DNA from: a virus
Length of the DNA: 64,000 nt
Virus record (IMG/VR): IMGVR_UViG_3300039159_000275
Span: 4,389 to 68,388 of that record
Strand: one strand, 5' to 3'
A model generated the notes under the pieces. The model saw nothing but the letters and a program-made list of their open reading frames with translations, ran no database searches and was not told where the DNA came from. Of this stretch, positions 59,946 through 64,000 are shown piece after piece; the first letter of the stretch is position 1; each line of letters begins with the position of its first letter. Position numbers and translations under genes: made by a program.

Positions 59946-60854
59946 ATGTTTACAGAAGAATTTACAATAAAAACTGGTCAAAATTTTGAAACCTATTATA
60001 AAAAATATCGGCCGAAATTAGTTAGATTTCTAATTGGAATTGGTAAAGATGAAGATGATGCTGAAGATGTTGCAACTGAAGCATTTGTAACCTCATTAAA
60101 TAAAATCGAATCATACGATCCTACTAAGGCAGTATTTTCAACATGGTTGTTTACAATTGCTAAACGAATCATGATCCAAAAAGCAAGAGAGAAAAATAGA
60201 TTTACTTCAATCGATTATGATTATGAAGAAGGATTTTCTTTAGGTGATACATTATCATATGATGATACTAATTATGAGTCTGGTCATGCTATTAACCATC
60301 AAAAATCTGGTATAATTAAGAATTTAATTCCTGAATTGCCAGAAAAATATGCTACTGTTTTAACACTTAGACATATTGAGAATTTATCATATCATGATAT
60401 TGCAGAAGAATTGGGTAATTTTTATATTGAAATTCCTTTAAATGATAAAAAGAAAGTCGAATTTGTTAAAACAAAACTGGCATATTTAAAGTTTAAACAT
60501 TTTTATTCAACTGAAAATGATATTAATTATTGTGCAACATTCTCTTTTAACTATGATTCTTTACGTAAAGGCTTTATAGTTTATAATGCACCAGCTGCTG
60601 CCGTCAAAAAATCACACCAACAAGATGCAGAAGGCAAAGAAATTGGATTGATTGAATTTTTGAAAAATTATTTAACAGTAGACGCTGAACAACATTCTTT
60701 AAATCTTAATACTGTTAAATCAAGAATTAGACAAGCTCGTTTATTGCTTTATAAGATTACTAAAAACGATTTTGATAAATTGGATTCACAAGATGATGAC
60801 AAACTAAATCTTATTGAAATTTATAAAGATATGAACACTTTTTTTGTTGCTTAA
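59946..60854 (+). CDS. ECF-type RNA polymerase sigma factor with an insertion in region 4
   Basis: region 2 DAEDVATEAF..FSTWLFTIAKR; region 4 LPEKYATVLTLRHIENLSYHDIAEELG-[94 aa]-LNLNTVKSRIRQAR. Confidence 0.85.
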   Translation: MFTEEFTIKTGQNFETYYKKYRPKLVRFLIGIGKDEDDAEDVATEAFVTSLNKIESYDPTKAVFSTWLFTIAKRIMIQKAREKNRFTSIDYDYEEGFSLGDTLSYDDTNYESGHAINHQKSGIIKNLIPELPEKYATVLTLRHIENLSYHDIAEELGNFYIEIPLNDKKKVEFVKTKLAYLKFKHFYSTENDINYCATFSFNYDSLRKGFIVYNAPAAAVKKSHQQDAEGKEIGLIEFLKNYLTVDAEQHSLNLNTVKSRIRQARLLLYKITKNDFDKLDSQDDDKLNLIEIYKDMNTFFVA

Positions 60855-60910
60855 TTGTTTTTAGATCATTGCGGATTTAATAAATAGATTTAGAAAATAA
60901 TAAACTTATA

Positions 60911-61435
60911 ATGGTTGAAATATTCAAAAATTTTCTAGAATTTATATTGAAAGCTAAAGACTTTCAAATTTATATTGTGGAAACAGATGAAGAGATGAAT
61001 GATACTGTTAACTTTTTTATTTCATTGATAGATGATCCTAAAGATGAAGAAAAAGTAGAAAAAGCAATTGAATTTGTCTATGGTTTTGAAAGAATTATTT
61101 GGTGCGAATTATGGTTAAACCAACGTGATTATAACAAAATAATATCTTCATGGCAAGGAAGAGAGTATATTAAAAATGAACAATTCATTACAAACGTTTT
61201 AACTGAAGACGGTTCTCAAATGATGATGCTGGAATTTCAAAAAGTAAAAGAAAAAAATGTTCCAAAATCTGTTGAAGAATTTCAAAACGATTTAGATGAA
61301 GCTGTTAATTTAGAAAGATATGAAGAAGCTGTTAAGATTAAAAAGAAAATTCAAAGTCTACTTAACAAAAAGAAAAAACCTATTGGAAAAGCTTTAAAGA
61401 AAAAAAGAGCTTTAAAAAAGACTGCTAAAAAATGA
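60911..61435 (+). CDS. hypothetical protein with a UVR motif and Lys-rich tail
   Basis: DLDEAVNLERYEEAVKIKKKI. Confidence 0.6.
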   Translation: MVEIFKNFLEFILKAKDFQIYIVETDEEMNDTVNFFISLIDDPKDEEKVEKAIEFVYGFERIIWCELWLNQRDYNKIISSWQGREYIKNEQFITNVLTEDGSQMMMLEFQKVKEKNVPKSVEEFQNDLDEAVNLERYEEAVKIKKKIQSLLNKKKKPIGKALKKKRALKKTAKK

Positions 61436-61581
61436 AAAATAATTGTAAATGCAATAATTGCCAATGTGGTAACAAAGAAACTAAATGGCAGAAATTAATC
61501 AAAAAATTTAAAAAATATTTTTTCTAAAAAGAGTTAATTTTTACTTAAACTTTTATAATATTTGCCTAATAATAAATTAAT

Positions 61582-61631
61582 GGTTCCACACAGCATAAAA
61601 ACTCTACTCTAAATAGAAAAAACCTGGAACC
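61582..61631 (+). ncRNA. candidate small structured RNA upstream of the TROVE-like gene
   Basis: GGTTCCA (61582-88) pairs with TGGAACC (61625-31), enclosing CACAGCA and a TCTA/TAGA mini-stem. Confidence 0.4.
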
Positions 61632-61654
61632 TGCTAAAACTTATTTAAAAAATT

Positions 61655-63031
61655 ATGGCAATTTTACAACAAGTTAATGTTAAAACTTCAAACTGTATGC
61701 AAGCATTGAATACTACAATGTCTGCTAATGCCGACTTATTTTTTCAAATAGGTGCAATGCGTTTAAAAAATGAACAAGATAAACTTGTTGCATTTCAACG
61801 TGCTTTTGAAGAAAATGCTGAAGTTGCTTTAAGAATTACTCTTTATTCTAGAGATATATTGCAAGGTCAAGGTGAAAGATCAACACCTAAAACTATGTGG
61901 AAATGGTTATCTAATAATCATTCAGCTGTTTTAAAACAAAACTTACATCAAATTCCATTACTTGGATATTGGAAAGATCTTTTAGATCTATTTAACACAC
62001 CATTAGAACAAGATGTTCTTGCATTAATTGCAAAAGGACTTTCTGAAAAGAATGGATTAACTGCAAAATGGATGCCAAGAAAAGGTGAAGATGCTAATAA
62101 AATAAGAAAGTACTTAAATCTTTCTCCAAAAGATTATCGCAGAACATTAGTTGATTTAACTAAAGTTGTTGAAACACAAATGTGTGCTCGTGATTGGACT
62201 GCTATTAATTATTCACATGTACCAAGTAAAGCTGCAAAGATTTATAGAAAAGCTTTTAAGAAAAGAGATGAATCTCGTTATGCTGAATTTTTAACAAAGG
62301 TTGAAAAAGGTGAAGAAAAAATTAATTCTAAAGCTTTACATCCACATGAAATAATTTCTCAATATTATTCGTCTGCACAAGATGATAGAACATTAGAAGC
62401 GCAATGGAAAGCATTACCTAATTACTTAGAAGGTTCTGTTGAATCATTCTTACCAGTTTGTGATACATCTGGCAGTATGTCTGGTTTACCAATTCAAGTT
62501 TGTATTGCATTAGGTATTTATTTATCCGAAAAGAATAATGGACCATTTAAAGATGCATTTATTACTTTCTCAACAAATCCTCAATTGCAAGTTTTGAGAG
62601 GTGATACTCTTTTAGCTAAAATTAGGCAACTACACGTTGCTGATTGGGGTGGATCAACTGACATCTCTAAAGTCTTTACGTTAATACTTAGAACAGCAAT
62701 AGTAAATAACTTAACACAAAAACAAATGCCGTCAAATATTTTAATAATGTCTGATATGCAATTTAATACTTGTTCTGATAATTCTAATTCATCTGCTTTT
62801 GCAATAATTAAACGAGAATACGAAACTGCAGGTTACAACGTTCCTAAGTTAGTATTTTGGAACTTAAATGCATCAGGAAGTTTTCCAGTATCATTTAATC
62901 AAGATGGAGTTGCATTAGTATCTGGTTTCAGCCCAAGCATTATGACTCAATTGTTAAAAGGTGAAAATTTGTCACCAGAAGGTTTAATGTTAAAGACTGT
63001 AATGTCTGATAGATATAAAGTAATCCTATAA
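61655..63031 (+). CDS. TROVE/Ro60-like helical domain + vWA domain protein (DUF2828-like)
   Basis: RDILQGQGER, GYWKDL, AKWMPR, INYSHVPS, MIDAS PVCDTSGSM, WGGSTD, MSDMQF, VFWNL, ALVSGFSP. Confidence 0.85.
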   Translation: MAILQQVNVKTSNCMQALNTTMSANADLFFQIGAMRLKNEQDKLVAFQRAFEENAEVALRITLYSRDILQGQGERSTPKTMWKWLSNNHSAVLKQNLHQIPLLGYWKDLLDLFNTPLEQDVLALIAKGLSEKNGLTAKWMPRKGEDANKIRKYLNLSPKDYRRTLVDLTKVVETQMCARDWTAINYSHVPSKAAKIYRKAFKKRDESRYAEFLTKVEKGEEKINSKALHPHEIISQYYSSAQDDRTLEAQWKALPNYLEGSVESFLPVCDTSGSMSGLPIQVCIALGIYLSEKNNGPFKDAFITFSTNPQLQVLRGDTLLAKIRQLHVADWGGSTDISKVFTLILRTAIVNNLTQKQMPSNILIMSDMQFNTCSDNSNSSAFAIIKREYETAGYNVPKLVFWNLNASGSFPVSFNQDGVALVSGFSPSIMTQLLKGENLSPEGLMLKTVMSDRYKVIL

Positions 63032-63034
63032 ACT

Positions 63035-63400
63035 ATGCATATGAGACATAATAGAAATGTAAAAATCAGTAAAGCAAAATTGATTGAAAAAATCAAAGAA
63101 AATAAAATTAATCATGTTAAAGAATATGAAGAAGCTATTGTAGCATATGTTGAAGAAGCTAATAAGCAACTTTTAAAAGCTAAATCAGAATTAGATAATG
63201 GTAGCTTAAAAATTGTTATTCATTTAACTACACCTATTAATCGTTCTGATGAATATGATAAAGTTGTTGAAATGTTTGTATGGGAAGTTCAAGAAGAAAT
63301 AGAATTAACTCAACTTGAATTTAATGAATATGTGCATGATGATAATGATCAATCAAGAAATGCAAAAATTGCAAATAAGTATTATTCAAGTAGTCATTAA
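63035..63400 (+). CDS. hypothetical protein
   Basis: 121-aa ORF directly after the vWA gene. Confidence 0.7.
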   Translation: MHMRHNRNVKISKAKLIEKIKENKINHVKEYEEAIVAYVEEANKQLLKAKSELDNGSLKIVIHLTTPINRSDEYDKVVEMFVWEVQEEIELTQLEFNEYVHDDNDQSRNAKIANKYYSSSH

Positions 63401-63437
63401 ATTATAAAAATGTTAAAAATTGTTTAAACCAGGTGCT

Positions 63438-63597
63438 ATGAAAATTAAATTATTGAAAGAAGGTTTTGTTATAGTCACAACTTCAACACTGGCAACTTCA
63501 ACAATTTATATGAGGGCAGGATATCATTATCCGAAAGGATATTTACCACACCGGTCTCCTAAGCGTAAAGGCGAGGAGTTTTAGGTGTGGTTTTTTT
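63438..63597 (+). other. 48-codon ORF overlapping a GC-rich multi-stem structure ending in a T-run (attenuator-like leader or ncRNA)
   Basis: ORF 63438-63584; TATCC-GAAA-GGATA hairpin; ACCACACC/GGTGTGGT outer stem with CTCCT/AGGAG inner stem. Confidence 0.45.
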
Positions 63598-63851
63598 ATG
63601 CAATTAAATAAATTTTTTAATATGGCAAAAATTTCTTAATTAAATACACATAATAGTTTACATTTTTTTAATGTTTCCCATAATACTTTTACGCACAAAG
63701 CAACAAAAACATATGGCAAAGATTGGGATAAATGTTGGGATTGTAAAAAAGCGGAAAGCACTATGATTTTTAATTAATTACAATTTATTTGGTAGAATTT
63801 ATAGGTGCTTAAGTTGTTCAAGAAAAAAATCACTGCTTTAATCAAACAGTT

Positions 63852-63890
63852 AAAAAAAGCACTCCTGGGCTGTCCAGGAGTGCTTTTTTT
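63852..63890. terminator. bidirectional intrinsic terminator
   Basis: A7-GCACTCCTGG-gctgt-CCAGGAGTGC-T7. Confidence 0.85.
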
Positions 63891-64000
63891 ATTTAAAAAT
63901 AATAATGTTAGATATATTTTTTAATATGGCCAAAATTGCTTAATTTTACTTAAGACAAACAAATAAAACTATGAAAAAAACAGCAATTTTAATCTTCTTA

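Noticed and set aside
60417-60698. Intein or intron in the sigma gene
   Set aside because: No Cys/Ser start with a His-Asn end and no recognisable group I/II intron elements; the insert is a clean open frame.
63550-63590. Pistol or other self-cleaving ribozyme (CCTAAGCGT resembles part of pistol)
   Set aside because: The required order of P1, pseudoknot and conserved linker elements is not present.
63621-63940. Sigma54 promoter in the TGGC...TTGC repeat
   Set aside because: GG to GC spacing is 8 nt, not the required 10.
1-64000. Stop-codon reassignment as seen in some huge phages
   Set aside because: Conserved genes are full length in the standard code and coding density is already high.

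Overview
Very AT-rich, gene-dense segment that reads as part of a large T4-like (myovirus-type, jumbo/huge) phage genome in the standard genetic code. The host is probably a Bacteroidota member, inferred from TAnnTTTG -7 promoter elements, no evident Shine-Dalgarno sites and a phage-borne ribosomal protein S1. Layout: (i) 1.6-16.1 kb, a glycan cluster with a GDP-colitose-type pathway (gmd, His-type ColD-like dehydratase, Fcl/ColC-like reductase), GT2/GT4/GT10/GT11/GT25 transferases and methyltransferases. (ii) NAD-dependent DNA ligase, a clear T4 beta-glucosyltransferase homologue and UDP-galactopyranose mutase. (iii) dnaK and a 1248-aa tail sheath. (iv) Two inverted pairs of 21-aa-repeat LRR-like genes enclosing a 3-kb segment with the gp32-like SSB. 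(v) An atypical tRNA-Tyr-like gene, S1 and a decayed GIY-YIG homing endonuclease. (vi) 3868-aa and 969-aa W-x-x-G repeat proteins, probably virion components. (vii) gp61-like primase, an ECF-type sigma factor with a 94-aa insertion in its helix-turn-helix, and a TROVE/Ro60-like vWA protein flanked by structured non-coding elements. Best leads: a possible furanosyl DNA modification (BGT + Glf), a recombining LRR cassette with a capsid-targeting-like N-terminal tag, the split-HTH sigma factor and a Ro60-like protein/RNA pair. All family assignments are from motif recognition by eye; no database searches were run.
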